Source of the DNA: a virus
Lineage: Duplodnaviria > Caudoviricetes
DNA: 64,000 nt
IMG/VR virus record: IMGVR_UViG_3300046779_001841
Location: 1 to 64,000 of that record
Direction: 5' to 3' (one strand)
Below the pieces are notes generated by a model that was given only the letters and a program-made list of their open reading frames with translations, was not told where the DNA came from and searched no databases. Numbering within the stretch: position 1 is the stretch's first letter; each line of letters starts with the position of its first letter. Below are positions 38,281-47,064 of the stretch, one piece after another. Made by a program: the position numbers and the translations under genes.

Positions 38281-38717
38281 AGACTTGAAATATTTTCTAA
38301 AATAGCATTAAAGCCTTCTTCATAATTGATAGCTTTAACTTCTTCAATGGTATCTGTATCTATAAGAAAAGCATTTTCAGATCCAGATTTAGTTCCCATT
38401 TTCCATAATCTAAAATCTTCATTCCAAAGACCATTATCTGATTTAGTGCATACAGAAAGACTGGAATCACCTTCTTCAAACAAGCCACCAACTTCTATAA
38501 TAGAAATTTTTGGATTATCTTTAGATGTATAGATTTGAGTTAAAGCACCATTCTCATTTGTAGATTCTGTTACAAGTTCAAAATCAATTTCTTTTAAGAA
38601 ATCAGAAATGCAAACATCAATATTGTTATGTTCAACATTCTTAGCTTGTACATATTCATAATCAATGATGAAATTTGCCAAAGACATTCTTTTACCATTT
38701 TCAATTTTTGTAATCAT
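38268..38717 (-). CDS. Hypothetical protein (putative early gene)
   Basis: AAGGA RBS, downstream of class-E copy 3. Confidence 0.75.
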   Translation of the reverse strand: MITKIENGKRMSLANFIIDYEYVQAKNVEHNNIDVCISDFLKEIDFELVTESTNENGALTQIYTSKDNPKISIIEVGGLFEEGDSSLSVCTKSDNGLWNEDFRLWKMGTKSGSENAFLIDTDTIEEVKAINYEEGFNAILENISSLLQR

Positions 38718-38759
38718 GGTTTCTTTTCCTTTTTTAGGTTAAGTCGTTATCGACAAAGT

Positions 38760-38791
38760 TATAACACTTCTGGATAAGCTATCTTTGCAAC
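38760..38791 (-). promoter_or_regulatory. Class-E element, copy 3
   Basis: GTTGCAAAG-ATAGCTTATCCAGA-AGTGTTATA. Confidence 0.8.
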
Positions 38792-38796
38792 CAACA

Positions 38797-39114
38797 TTAA
38801 TCTTTTTTGTTGGTTTCATTGAGATCATTGATAGCAAACTGGATTTGTGTTTTAATCCAATTAAAGATTGTATTTTCAAGATCTTGATCATTTTTTGAGA
38901 AAGCATAAGTGCCTTCAACAATAGTTTCTTCATCATAATTCACTTGAATATCTGATTGAACACTTTTTTCTCTTTCAACAATAGAAAGAAAAACATCAAG
39001 ACCATTTTCTAAACAATAAATTTGTGCAGTCAAATGACCATGCTCTACATGGATTTCACATTCCCAACCTTTTTGAGATTGGATTATGTTTTTAATTGTG
39101 TCAAAGTTATACAT
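38797..39114 (-). CDS. Hypothetical protein (putative early gene)
   Basis: ATG 39114 after AAGGA. Confidence 0.7.
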   Translation of the reverse strand: MYNFDTIKNIIQSQKGWECEIHVEHGHLTAQIYCLENGLDVFLSIVEREKSVQSDIQVNYDEETIVEGTYAFSKNDQDLENTIFNWIKTQIQFAINDLNETNKKD

Positions 39115-39133
39115 GGATAATTTCCTTTCTTTG

Positions 39134-39319
39134 TTAAGAACATTTTCTATTGATGATTTCAACATCTCTAGTAGGTTCAATGTAAAAGGTGTCAATAAGA
39201 ACACCTTGAGAAGACCAAACTTTGTATCCAGCTTGGTTAAGGATTAAAGACAAACCACCTTTGGCAAACAAGTTATCACCAAAAGAAGTCCAACCACTTG
39301 CAATCAATAAGTCTTTCAT
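39134..39319 (-). CDS. Small hypothetical protein (putative early gene)
   Basis: AAGGA RBS, immediately downstream of class-E copy 4. Confidence 0.7.
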   Translation of the reverse strand: MKDLLIASGWTSFGDNLFAKGGLSLILNQAGYKVWSSQGVLIDTFYIEPTRDVEIINRKCS

Positions 39320-39360
39320 TTGATTTTCCTTTCAAGAAAACTTTTCACTACCGACATAAC

Positions 39361-39392
39361 TATAACACTTGTCATTAAGCTACCTTTGCAAC
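39361..39392 (-). promoter_or_regulatory. Class-E element, copy 4
   Basis: GTTGCAAAG-GTAGCTTAATGACA-AGTGTTATA. The downstream leader is nearly identical to that of copy 1. Confidence 0.8.
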
Positions 39393-39450
39393 GAATGTAA
39401 AAAATTTTATAATCTTTTTATAAAGTATTGTTTTTAAAAAGGATTGAAAC

Positions 39451-39723
39451 ATGAAACACAAATTCAATAAGAAACAAAAAGAGTATCATCTAAAACGAGG
39501 TGAGTATTTATATATACCATGTAATTTATCAAACTACTTATCGGAATATAAGATAAGCAGTAATCGTTCTTTAGGTTGCATATATATAAAGATGAATGGT
39601 CGAATAGAAAAAGTGCAATGTGGTTTAGAGATAACATTAAAAAGAACAGATGATAAATTTGAGATTGTGTATAATATATTTACAGATGTAACAGAAGATG
39701 AAGTAAGATTTGATATAGAATAA
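39451..39723 (+). CDS. Hypothetical protein
   Basis: AAGGA RBS. Confidence 0.65.
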   Translation: MKHKFNKKQKEYHLKRGEYLYIPCNLSNYLSEYKISSNRSLGCIYIKMNGRIEKVQCGLEITLKRTDDKFEIVYNIFTDVTEDEVRFDIE

Positions 39724-39729
39724 TATAAG
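39721..39729 (+). promoter_or_regulatory. Class-M motif TAATATAAG
   Basis: 34 nt upstream of ATG 39764. Confidence 0.55.
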
Positions 39730-39763
39730 ATAGGTAGTGTTTTTATTTTTAAAAGGAAAAACT

Positions 39764-40348
39764 ATGTATGAGATAACAAACAAGTCGATCTTTAATGCTG
39801 GAACTCAAGTGATTGTTAATGCAGTGAATACAGTTGGTGTAATGAGTGCAGGAATTGCATTAGAATTTAAATTAAGATACCCAGAAATGTATAAAGATTA
39901 TTATGATCGTTGTGCAAAGGGTCAAGTAGAACTTGGTAAAGTTTATCTGTATGAAAATATCTTAAATTTTCCAACCAAAGATCATTGGCGAACACCATCT
40001 AAAACAGAATGGATAGATCAAGGATTACATCATTTTGCCAGAAACTATAAAGCACTTGGTATCAAATCCATAGCATTTCCCAAATTAGGTTGTGGTCATG
40101 GTGGTTTAGATTGGGTTAAAATTCAAAAGATGATGATCCATTATTTTGAACCACTGCAAGATATAGATATTAAGATTTGTCTGGATAGTGCAGAACCAGA
40201 AGGTTTAGAAAAGAAGATGATTGATTATGTAGTGAGTAAAAATCCAACACTACAATTAGAAAGATTTAAAGATTTAAGATTCATTTTAAATGATCGCAAT
40301 GCTTACGAACAGATTTTTCAAAAAGCATATGAAAAGAGTATTATTTAA
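39764..40348 (+). CDS. DarG-like macrodomain protein
   Basis: IVNAVNTVGVMSAGIALEFK, NFPTKDHWR and IAFPKLGCGHGGLDW. Confidence 0.88.
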   Translation: MYEITNKSIFNAGTQVIVNAVNTVGVMSAGIALEFKLRYPEMYKDYYDRCAKGQVELGKVYLYENILNFPTKDHWRTPSKTEWIDQGLHHFARNYKALGIKSIAFPKLGCGHGGLDWVKIQKMMIHYFEPLQDIDIKICLDSAEPEGLEKKMIDYVVSKNPTLQLERFKDLRFILNDRNAYEQIFQKAYEKSII

Positions 40349-40766
40349 TCCAAACATATTCCAAATTGGCTGGTGTTTCTTTAAATAAGTCTGCATAGTG
40401 TTCTGGTTTCTTTTGAATAAGTTTTGATCTATGGCTTAAATGAAATTCTTCATTGCCTAACCATGATGGCATATTTTTATTGTCAAAACTTTCCATTTTA
40501 GAAACAAAGAAATTCTTTAAATTATCTTTATAACCTCTTGCAATCCATTCATCACAAATCGCAATAGCATATAGACAAAGAGCATATTCATAACCATTCC
40601 ACATAAGAACAATAGGATGGTTGAACCAAGCACCAGTATTTTCAGTTTGTCTTTTAAGATTTGTTAAAAGAATTTGATATGCTTCAACTCTTTGTTTTCC
40701 AAGTCTTTGTCTATCAAGAGATTTAGCAGTAGCAGTAAAATCTGCATAAGGTAAAAAAGTTTGCAT
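40341..40766 (-). CDS. Pyrimidine-dimer DNA glycosylase / endonuclease V-like protein
   Basis: MQTFLPY, LDRQRLGKQRVEAYQIL, HPIVLMW and HLSHRSKLIQK. Confidence 0.85.
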   Translation of the reverse strand: MQTFLPYADFTATAKSLDRQRLGKQRVEAYQILLTNLKRQTENTGAWFNHPIVLMWNGYEYALCLYAIAICDEWIARGYKDNLKNFFVSKMESFDNKNMPSWLGNEEFHLSHRSKLIQKKPEHYADLFKETPANLEYVWIK

Positions 40767-40780
40767 AATATTTTCCTTTA

Positions 40781-41110
40781 TTAAGCATTAAACTTTGCAT
40801 AGGTATCTAATAAGTAGGTTCTCATTTCAGAGATTTGCCTAATATCAAACTCTTTACTATCTGATTTCTTATTAAAAAAGATTTCAAAATGTAGAATATG
40901 TGGTTTAACAAAAGAAAACATCACATATCCATTTTCACTGGCAATAAATTTTGCTCTAGCAAGATCTTGATTAAAAATTGGTGATTCTGCATCTGTGAGA
41001 ATATCACCTAATTTATCTTTGATAAAAGATAATAAGACAATAAATTTGCCATTGTATGTATACATAGCATCAAATTTGGCATTGATCTTTTTTATCTGGT
41101 TTTCATCCAT
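40781..41110 (-). CDS. Hypothetical protein (putative early gene)
   Basis: AAGGA RBS, downstream of class-E copy 5. Confidence 0.7.
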   Translation of the reverse strand: MDENQIKKINAKFDAMYTYNGKFIVLLSFIKDKLGDILTDAESPIFNQDLARAKFIASENGYVMFSFVKPHILHFEIFFNKKSDSKEFDIRQISEMRTYLLDTYAKFNA

Positions 41111-41148
41111 TTGTGTTTTCCTTTTGGATTAGTCATTATTGACAATCA

Positions 41149-41180
41149 TATAACACTTCTCATTAAGCAACCTTTGCAAC
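41149..41180 (-). promoter_or_regulatory. Class-E element, copy 5
   Basis: GTTGCAAAG-GTTGCTTAATGAGA-AGTGTTATA. Confidence 0.8.
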
Positions 41181-41193
41181 ATAGGATAAAAAA

Positions 41194-41571
41194 ATGAAAT
41201 TCAAACATTGTTTAGAAATCATACTTTCAAATCTCAATCTGGATTATGTAATTTCTTTAGAAGCCAATCCTATTCCAAAAGATGAAGTCCAAGACTTAGA
41301 AAAATTTTATAAAGATGAGATAGATGAAGAAGAAACAATACCTACATATTTGGTTCTGTTTGAAGATATTCCAATTCAAATATATTGTACATCTCATGTA
41401 GATATGTTTAAAGATGATGAAGCAGAAGAAGGTCAAATTCCATATTTATTTCAAAACATTTATGAGATTAGTATATATGATTATAGCAATAATTTTATAG
41501 ATGGTATGATAAGTTATAGTATAGATGAGATTGAAACTTTAATAAAGAAAAGTGTAAGGACTGACAAATGA
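41194..41571 (+). CDS. Hypothetical protein
   Basis: AGGA RBS, acidic. Confidence 0.7.
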   Translation: MKFKHCLEIILSNLNLDYVISLEANPIPKDEVQDLEKFYKDEIDEEETIPTYLVLFEDIPIQIYCTSHVDMFKDDEAEEGQIPYLFQNIYEISIYDYSNNFIDGMISYSIDEIETLIKKSVRTDK

Positions 41572-41939
41572 AAAAGAAAATCATTGAAGTAAATAATAAG
41601 AAAGAGATGGATGCTTGGACAACATATTCTTATGTAACAGAACCATCACATGAAATTAAATATTTAAAGGGTGTAGAAGACACAGTGTTTTTTCAAGGTA
41701 GTGGTGCAAGTAGGAGGAGAGTAGCACCTTATTATATACCACCACTTAAAAATACAGATCCAGAAGTTTTAAATTTGATAGATGAATATCATGCGAGTGT
41801 TTTTAAATTAGAAGAAGCATATAAAGAATGGGATCTGAAAAGAGTAGAGATGTTAGGCAAATTGCGAGTGATGTCTGGCATTTTACCAAAGCCATATGAA
41901 GATATAGCAGTGATGATGAAAGACATCACTAAATCTTAA
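41568..41939 (+). CDS. Hypothetical protein
   Basis: AAGGA RBS, ATGA overlap with the previous gene. Confidence 0.7.
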   Translation: MKKKIIEVNNKKEMDAWTTYSYVTEPSHEIKYLKGVEDTVFFQGSGASRRRVAPYYIPPLKNTDPEVLNLIDEYHASVFKLEEAYKEWDLKRVEMLGKLRVMSGILPKPYEDIAVMMKDITKS

Positions 41940-41952
41940 TAAATCATTTATA
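41938..41952 (+). promoter_or_regulatory. Class-L motif AATAA-N4-TTTATA
   Basis: AATAAATCATTTATA, 50 nt upstream of 42003. Confidence 0.5.
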
Positions 41953-42002
41953 CTTATAGTATTAAGGAATGTAATAATTTTCTAAACAAAAGGATCATTA
42001 AA

Positions 42003-42380
42003 ATGATTAGTCAAAAATTAGCTTCTTTAGAAGCAAGAATCGCTAAGTTAGAGCAATCTAGTGTATCCACTAAAAAAGCATCTACTTCTTTAGATCTTCG
42101 ATCTATTATAGTTGCTCTTAAGAGTGTAACTAAAGGTAAAAACTGGAAATGGAAGATTCAAGGTAGTGATAAAATCACAGGATTTTATTTCGATGAGATG
42201 ATAGATGGTGCAGTATTTGTTGAGTTTAAAGATCAAGGTACAAAAACCTTAATCGTTCTTGATACAGGTGATTACGACCAACATACTGTGCTTGTAGATA
42301 CTGATGCTGATGTAATGGTTATTGCTAAAACAATTATTAAAGCTATTTACAACTATGATCTGTTGGGTAAATTCTTTTAA
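42003..42380 (+). CDS. Leader-family protein (MISQKLASLEARIAKLEQSS..KKAS)
   Basis: Leader motif, AAGGA RBS. Confidence 0.85.
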   Translation: MISQKLASLEARIAKLEQSSVSTKKASTSLDLRSIIVALKSVTKGKNWKWKIQGSDKITGFYFDEMIDGAVFVEFKDQGTKTLIVLDTGDYDQHTVLVDTDADVMVIAKTIIKAIYNYDLLGKFF

Positions 42381-42406
42381 TAAGTCATAACAAAAGGATC
42401 ATTAAA

Positions 42407-42814
42407 ATGATTAGTCAAAAATTAGCTTCTTTAGAAGCAAGAATCGCTAAGTTAGAGCAATCTAGTTTAACCACTAAAAAAGCATCCGCTTTTAATATTC
42501 GTGAAGTTAAAGATTATGTGAAAAACCAAATCAAGAATTGGGGATTTAGTGTTTCACAACCTTCAAAAAATGAAATCTATGCTACAAATGAAGGTAGCAG
42601 AATCAGTGCAGGTATTCCAAAAGAATATTGGTCTTTTACCTTTACTCCAAAACAGGATGGCATTAAGATGGATTATGTAACTGAAGGTTTAAATGATTAC
42701 GATAATTCAAGTTATGATGAGAGTATTTTATTTGAATTTGACGATCCAGAAATTTCTGCTGATATTAATATGTATATTGGTGAATATATTGTTTTAAGAG
42801 TGACTAGATCCTAG
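42407..42814 (+). CDS. Leader-family protein (MISQKLASLEARIAKLEQSS..KKAS)
   Basis: First 20 codons and RBS identical to 42003, with an unrelated body. Confidence 0.85.
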   Translation: MISQKLASLEARIAKLEQSSLTTKKASAFNIREVKDYVKNQIKNWGFSVSQPSKNEIYATNEGSRISAGIPKEYWSFTFTPKQDGIKMDYVTEGLNDYDNSSYDESILFEFDDPEISADINMYIGEYIVLRVTRS

Positions 42815-43790
42815 TATACTTATAAAACCATGTAAAAAATTCATGATATGCTTTCATATTTACAGATAGACCATCTATACTATCTTTTGTAATTAAGACA
42901 CCAGTACCTTCCATTACTTTCAAAAAAACATTTCGATATTCAATTTTATTGTCATTACTCATAAAAATGTTTTTAAGCCACCACTTATACATCTCTTTCA
43001 ATTCTTGTTCTTTCATTTCTACTGAAAGTGCATCAATATACTTATCAAATAAAGTAAAGTTGTAAGGTGCATAAGTTAAGACCTTGTTCTCATTGAAATA
43101 AGCAAAATCACATTTTCTTGCGAGTGTGAAAAGTGTTGGCAATTCGGATTTGAATTTTAAATCACCAGTCAAAAAGAGTTTAAAGTTTTCAGCTTTGTCT
43201 TTTAAGAAATTAAGTCCATCCAGATTATTGATAGAAACATTTAAAACTTTCTCTTGATAGTATGTAAAGATATATTTCTTATTGTCATAACCTTGTCTGT
43301 AATCATTGATCATAGATATTAAAGCAGTAAATGGATCTTGATCTATTTGAAAGACAAAGTACAGATATTTCTTGATCAATGGTATCAATTCTTGATATAG
43401 CTTACCTTCTTTTTTAAACATATCAGATGGTGCTTTACCCCAATCAATATCAACTTTCATGAGTAGATGTAAAAAAATGGTAGTTGGGAAAAGAACAAAA
43501 GTATTCTTCTCAACCAAAAGAACAAGATCTGGAATATGATCAAATCGTTTTAAATAGAAAAGAACTTGTTGTAGAACAGAAGCAATATTTTCTCTATTTA
43601 AGAGAGAGTAATCTGCTTTAGCTTCGATAAGAATTTTATAACCATCATCTAAAGTTAAAAGACCATCACATTGATGTGGTTTAGACCATTCACCACCAAG
43701 ATGGTGTCTTAATTCATTACGATAAACAGTTTCAATAAGAGATTCATTATTAGATGCAGATTCAATTTGTTTGATAAGTTGAGTGTTCAT
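42804..43790 (-). CDS. Putative PD-(D/E)XK nuclease-fold protein
   Basis: CDGLL...ILIEAKADY...QVLFYL resembles restriction-enzyme-like N-terminal domains. Confidence 0.5.
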   Translation of the reverse strand: MNTQLIKQIESASNNESLIETVYRNELRHHLGGEWSKPHQCDGLLTLDDGYKILIEAKADYSLLNRENIASVLQQVLFYLKRFDHIPDLVLLVEKNTFVLFPTTIFLHLLMKVDIDWGKAPSDMFKKEGKLYQELIPLIKKYLYFVFQIDQDPFTALISMINDYRQGYDNKKYIFTYYQEKVLNVSINNLDGLNFLKDKAENFKLFLTGDLKFKSELPTLFTLARKCDFAYFNENKVLTYAPYNFTLFDKYIDALSVEMKEQELKEMYKWWLKNIFMSNDNKIEYRNVFLKVMEGTGVLITKDSIDGLSVNMKAYHEFFTWFYKYTRI

Positions 43791-43818
43791 TGGTTTCCTT
43801 ATGAAAGAGAATATCTTT

Positions 43819-43827
43819 CTTATATTA
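43819..43827 (-). promoter_or_regulatory. Class-M motif TAATATAAG
   Basis: 28 nt upstream of 43790. Confidence 0.55.
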
Positions 43828-43855
43828 TTTTATATACCAATGAACTTAATTTTTT

Positions 43856-44353
43856 TTATTCTTCATCATCAATCAAAGATGTTTGTTTGCCCTTTTTAGC
43901 TTTCTTTTCTTCATCTTTCTTCTTTTGATCTTCATCAAATAAAGCATAGACTTCAGATTTCCAATTACCATTGCGATCAATTTCTTCAGAAAAATAAGAA
44001 ACATCTGGTGTTCGCATACTATATGTCATTTCACCATTTTGATCATTTTCTTCAGCAACGATATGACAAAGTAAATGATCAATCAAAGAGATTTGATGTT
44101 TTTGATCTAAACTGCACCAAAGATCATAACCAATTTCAAGAATGAATTGATATTCTTTATCACCAAGAACAGTAAGAATACCAGGTGCTTTAATGATCTT
44201 GCCAAGATTATATTTGCCACCTGTTTTACCTGCTTTGTCTTTAAAGACAATTTGAATTTCGGAAAGAATATCTACTAATTTTGGATGACAGTTGCCAACC
44301 ACATATTCGACTACACTTTGATCTTCTTTTTCTGCTTTCCATTTATTTTGCAT
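43856..44353 (-). CDS. Putative phage metallopeptidase-family protein (degenerate HExxH)
   Basis: LGKIIKA, FILEIGYDLW, LIDHLLCH and PDVSYFSEEIDRNG. ATG 44353 after AAGGA. Confidence 0.6.
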   Translation of the reverse strand: MQNKWKAEKEDQSVVEYVVGNCHPKLVDILSEIQIVFKDKAGKTGGKYNLGKIIKAPGILTVLGDKEYQFILEIGYDLWCSLDQKHQISLIDHLLCHIVAEENDQNGEMTYSMRTPDVSYFSEEIDRNGNWKSEVYALFDEDQKKKDEEKKAKKGKQTSLIDDEE

Positions 44354-44432
44354 AATGCACAATCCTTTTTTTAATTTGGAAAAGTATGAATGAACAATAC
44401 ACAATATCTTATAAGATCTTTAACAAGATTTA

Positions 44433-44798
44433 CTATCTAATTCTTCTTTTTGCATTTCTCATGATTTTATTTTGAATATATTGATCTACACTTTCTTGTT
44501 CTTCTTCTAATGCGCGATCACTCATATTTTGAATGAAGAATTTTTTGGTTTCTGCAATATCTTTTAGTGCTTTCTTTTTTCCCATATTATAATAGATTTG
44601 ATCATCTAAAACGAGTTTAGATGTAGAAACTAAAGCACTAAAGAAACGAAGTCTAAAGAATTGTGGAATTTGGCTTTTCATTTCATTAAAATAAGAGATA
44701 CCAATTTCATTCGCATCTTCAAATTGACCTGCGATAATAAGTTTCTCAATGTCATTTAAAGCACTGAGTATTTTTTTAAGTATGATACTTGTTTTCAT
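44433..44798 (-). CDS. Hypothetical helical protein
   Basis: ATG 44798 after AAGGA. Confidence 0.65.
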   Translation of the reverse strand: MKTSIILKKILSALNDIEKLIIAGQFEDANEIGISYFNEMKSQIPQFFRLRFFSALVSTSKLVLDDQIYYNMGKKKALKDIAETKKFFIQNMSDRALEEEQESVDQYIQNKIMRNAKRRIR

Positions 44799-44925
44799 TT
44801 TTTTGTCCTTGTATCTTGAATGGAACACATACATAGAACAGAGATATAAATTTAATATTTATTAAATAGATAGATAGGTAGATAGATGAGTGTTTAATAT
44901 TTTTCTAAACAAAAGGATCATTAAA

Positions 44926-45429
44926 ATGATTAGTCAAAAATTAGCTTCTTTAGAAGCAAGAATCGTCAAGTTAGAACAATCTGGCAACAAACAAGCAAGT
45001 CAAACTCGAAATGCAGGTTGGACACCAGGTTCTGGTGCTATGCCAACAGCTAAAGATCTTTTTAAGAGTATTGGTTTATATTTAGACAAAAGACATAACA
45101 TTAGCTGGGAATTAAAACATGATAAGTCACAAGGTAATTCTGGCAATGGTATGATTGAAATCAAATTTGGTGAAGACTATTCTGTTGGTGATCCTGGTTA
45201 TACTGCAAGTGCAATATATGACTTTCGAGTAAGAACAGATTTGATGTCAGGTGAAACACAACTTATTTTTAATATTACACCAACAAAAGAATTTAGAGGA
45301 TTTGCTTCTAGTAAGACTTTTGTCCTTGATTTTTATCAAGGACAACCACAAAGAGAATGGGATATGCAAATCATTCAAATTACAGAATGGCTACAAAAAT
45401 TTCATGATAATTTAGAATCAAACTATTGA
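44926..45429 (+). CDS. Leader-family protein (MISQKLASLEARIVKLEQSGNKQAS..RNAG)
   Basis: Leader motif, with RBS region identical to 42003. Confidence 0.85.
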   Translation: MISQKLASLEARIVKLEQSGNKQASQTRNAGWTPGSGAMPTAKDLFKSIGLYLDKRHNISWELKHDKSQGNSGNGMIEIKFGEDYSVGDPGYTASAIYDFRVRTDLMSGETQLIFNITPTKEFRGFASSKTFVLDFYQGQPQREWDMQIIQITEWLQKFHDNLESNY

Positions 45430-45761
45430 TATTTTTTAATCCATTCATGTTCTGTACCTAGACCACAACAATATTTACTATCTTCTATCGTCCATTGTGT
45501 TCTTGATTTTCCTCTTTTAGATTTAAGTGCTTTCTCAGCTTTCATTGCAGTTGAACGATCTGGATATGTTCCATATAATGCTTTTGGCACCCAAGGTCTA
45601 TATTTAGAGGTATAGGTGGCTCCACCATGTATCTCTCCATTATGTTGCCTTAATCTTCTTTCATAATCTGTAGTGCATCCTACATAATAAAAGCCTTCAA
45701 GTTCTTTACCTGTTTTACTATATCTCTTCTGTTGAGATTGAAGTACATATACATACCACAT
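45423..45761 (-). CDS. SLX1-like GIY-YIG endonuclease
   Basis: WYVYVL, YYVGCTTDYERRLRQHNG, GGATYT..RPW and AMKAEKALK. Confidence 0.88.
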   Translation of the reverse strand: MWYVYVLQSQQKRYSKTGKELEGFYYVGCTTDYERRLRQHNGEIHGGATYTSKYRPWVPKALYGTYPDRSTAMKAEKALKSKRGKSRTQWTIEDSKYCCGLGTEHEWIKKYQ

Positions 45762-45778
45762 AGTCCATATCCTTTGTG

Positions 45779-45793
45779 AATAAATGATTTATA
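45779..45793 (+). promoter_or_regulatory. Class-L motif AATAA-N4-TTTATA
   Basis: AATAAATGATTTATA, 52 nt upstream of 45846. Confidence 0.5.
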
Positions 45794-45845
45794 CTTATAT
45801 CATTTGTGTGAATGTTTAATAATTTTTCTAAAAAGGATCAATAAA

Positions 45846-46388
45846 ATGATTAGTCAAAAACTCGCTTCTTTAGAAGCAAGGATCGCTAAACTCGAAAGTA
45901 AAAAAGCAGGTGTTGGATTAAGACCTAAGTCACCATCTCAAATTAATTATGTAACACCAAATGTTGAAGATGTTGCACACATGATTCAACTTATTCTTGG
46001 CAATACTTTTCATCGTTTTATGTCTAAACAAAATAGTGGTAGTGGTCTAATAGTTATTATGGATAGTTCATTCTATAAAGATGAAGATTTTTTCTTTCAT
46101 CCAGAAGATACTATCGAACAACACAATAATGTCATAGCAAATATGACTGTTAATATTGTTCTTGAAGAAGGTGTGATGGATGATGAAATGTCTTACATTA
46201 GTCCTTATGGAGATGAAATGGATGATTATGCCTTAGAACTAAAACCTGTTACTACTTTTGCTACTATCACTTTTAAAGCCTTAGGTAAAGTTAAAACAGT
46301 TGAAGTTTCTTTTGGAATTGGAAGTACTTTAAAAAAAGTTCAAGCACAAATGAAACCACTTGTAGCTTTTTATAATTCATTTAGATAA
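45846..46388 (+). CDS. Leader-family protein (MISQKLASLEARIAKLESKKAG)
   Basis: Leader motif, AAGGA RBS. Confidence 0.85.
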   Translation: MISQKLASLEARIAKLESKKAGVGLRPKSPSQINYVTPNVEDVAHMIQLILGNTFHRFMSKQNSGSGLIVIMDSSFYKDEDFFFHPEDTIEQHNNVIANMTVNIVLEEGVMDDEMSYISPYGDEMDDYALELKPVTTFATITFKALGKVKTVEVSFGIGSTLKKVQAQMKPLVAFYNSFR

Positions 46389-46425
46389 AAATCTCTATTG
46401 AAAAAGCTATTATCTTTTGTTTGTG

Positions 46426-46440
46426 AATAAATCATTTATA
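46426..46440 (+). promoter_or_regulatory. Class-L motif AATAA-N4-TTTATA
   Basis: AATAAATCATTTATA, 51 nt upstream of 46492. Confidence 0.5.
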
Positions 46441-46491
46441 CTTGATGATTTATATGAATGTTTAATAATTTTAATAAAAGGATAATCTAAA

Positions 46492-47016
46492 ATGATTAGT
46501 CAAAAAATCGCTTCTCTTGAAGACCGTCTTGCTAGATTAGATCGATCTAACTTAACAAACAAAAAATCTTCTTTTCGTGATAAGACTTCTTCAAGTTTTA
46601 CACCTCCAGATATTTACAATATTTGTCATATTGATTTTGATTTCTTAAAGAAAGAATTAGAAAAAACTTATTCAGATTATGACCTTACACTTTCTAAGCT
46701 AGAATCTAATTTTCCTGGACATTACGATGTTCTTTTTTTCCTAGAATATGGAAAACATGAATTTTTACAGGTTCTTATTTCTTTAAGAGTGGGAAAAGGT
46801 GATGAAAAAATTACTGTTGGTGTTGATCTAAAATTTGAACATGACGATCCAGATGCTCAATTCTCAGAAAGTACTGCGAAAGATTATAAATTAAAGGATA
46901 TAGATTCTACTATAAATCATAAAATAATTAAGTATGTAAAAGAAACATATACTGATAGTTTGAATCTTTTAAATTTCAAAATTGAACTCGCAGAAGAATA
47001 CCATCCTAAATATTGA
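46492..47016 (+). CDS. Leader-family protein (MISQKIASLEDRLARLD)
   Basis: Leader variant, AAGGA RBS. Confidence 0.85.
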   Translation: MISQKIASLEDRLARLDRSNLTNKKSSFRDKTSSSFTPPDIYNICHIDFDFLKKELEKTYSDYDLTLSKLESNFPGHYDVLFFLEYGKHEFLQVLISLRVGKGDEKITVGVDLKFEHDDPDAQFSESTAKDYKLKDIDSTINHKIIKYVKETYTDSLNLLNFKIELAEEYHPKY

Positions 47017-47064
47017 TTTTATAATCATCTCTATTAAAAAATCTATATATCATTGGAGATGATT

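Noticed and set aside
44866-44890. (GATA)n-like microsatellite
   Set aside because: Only about 5 imperfect units, with no second occurrence or functional clue.
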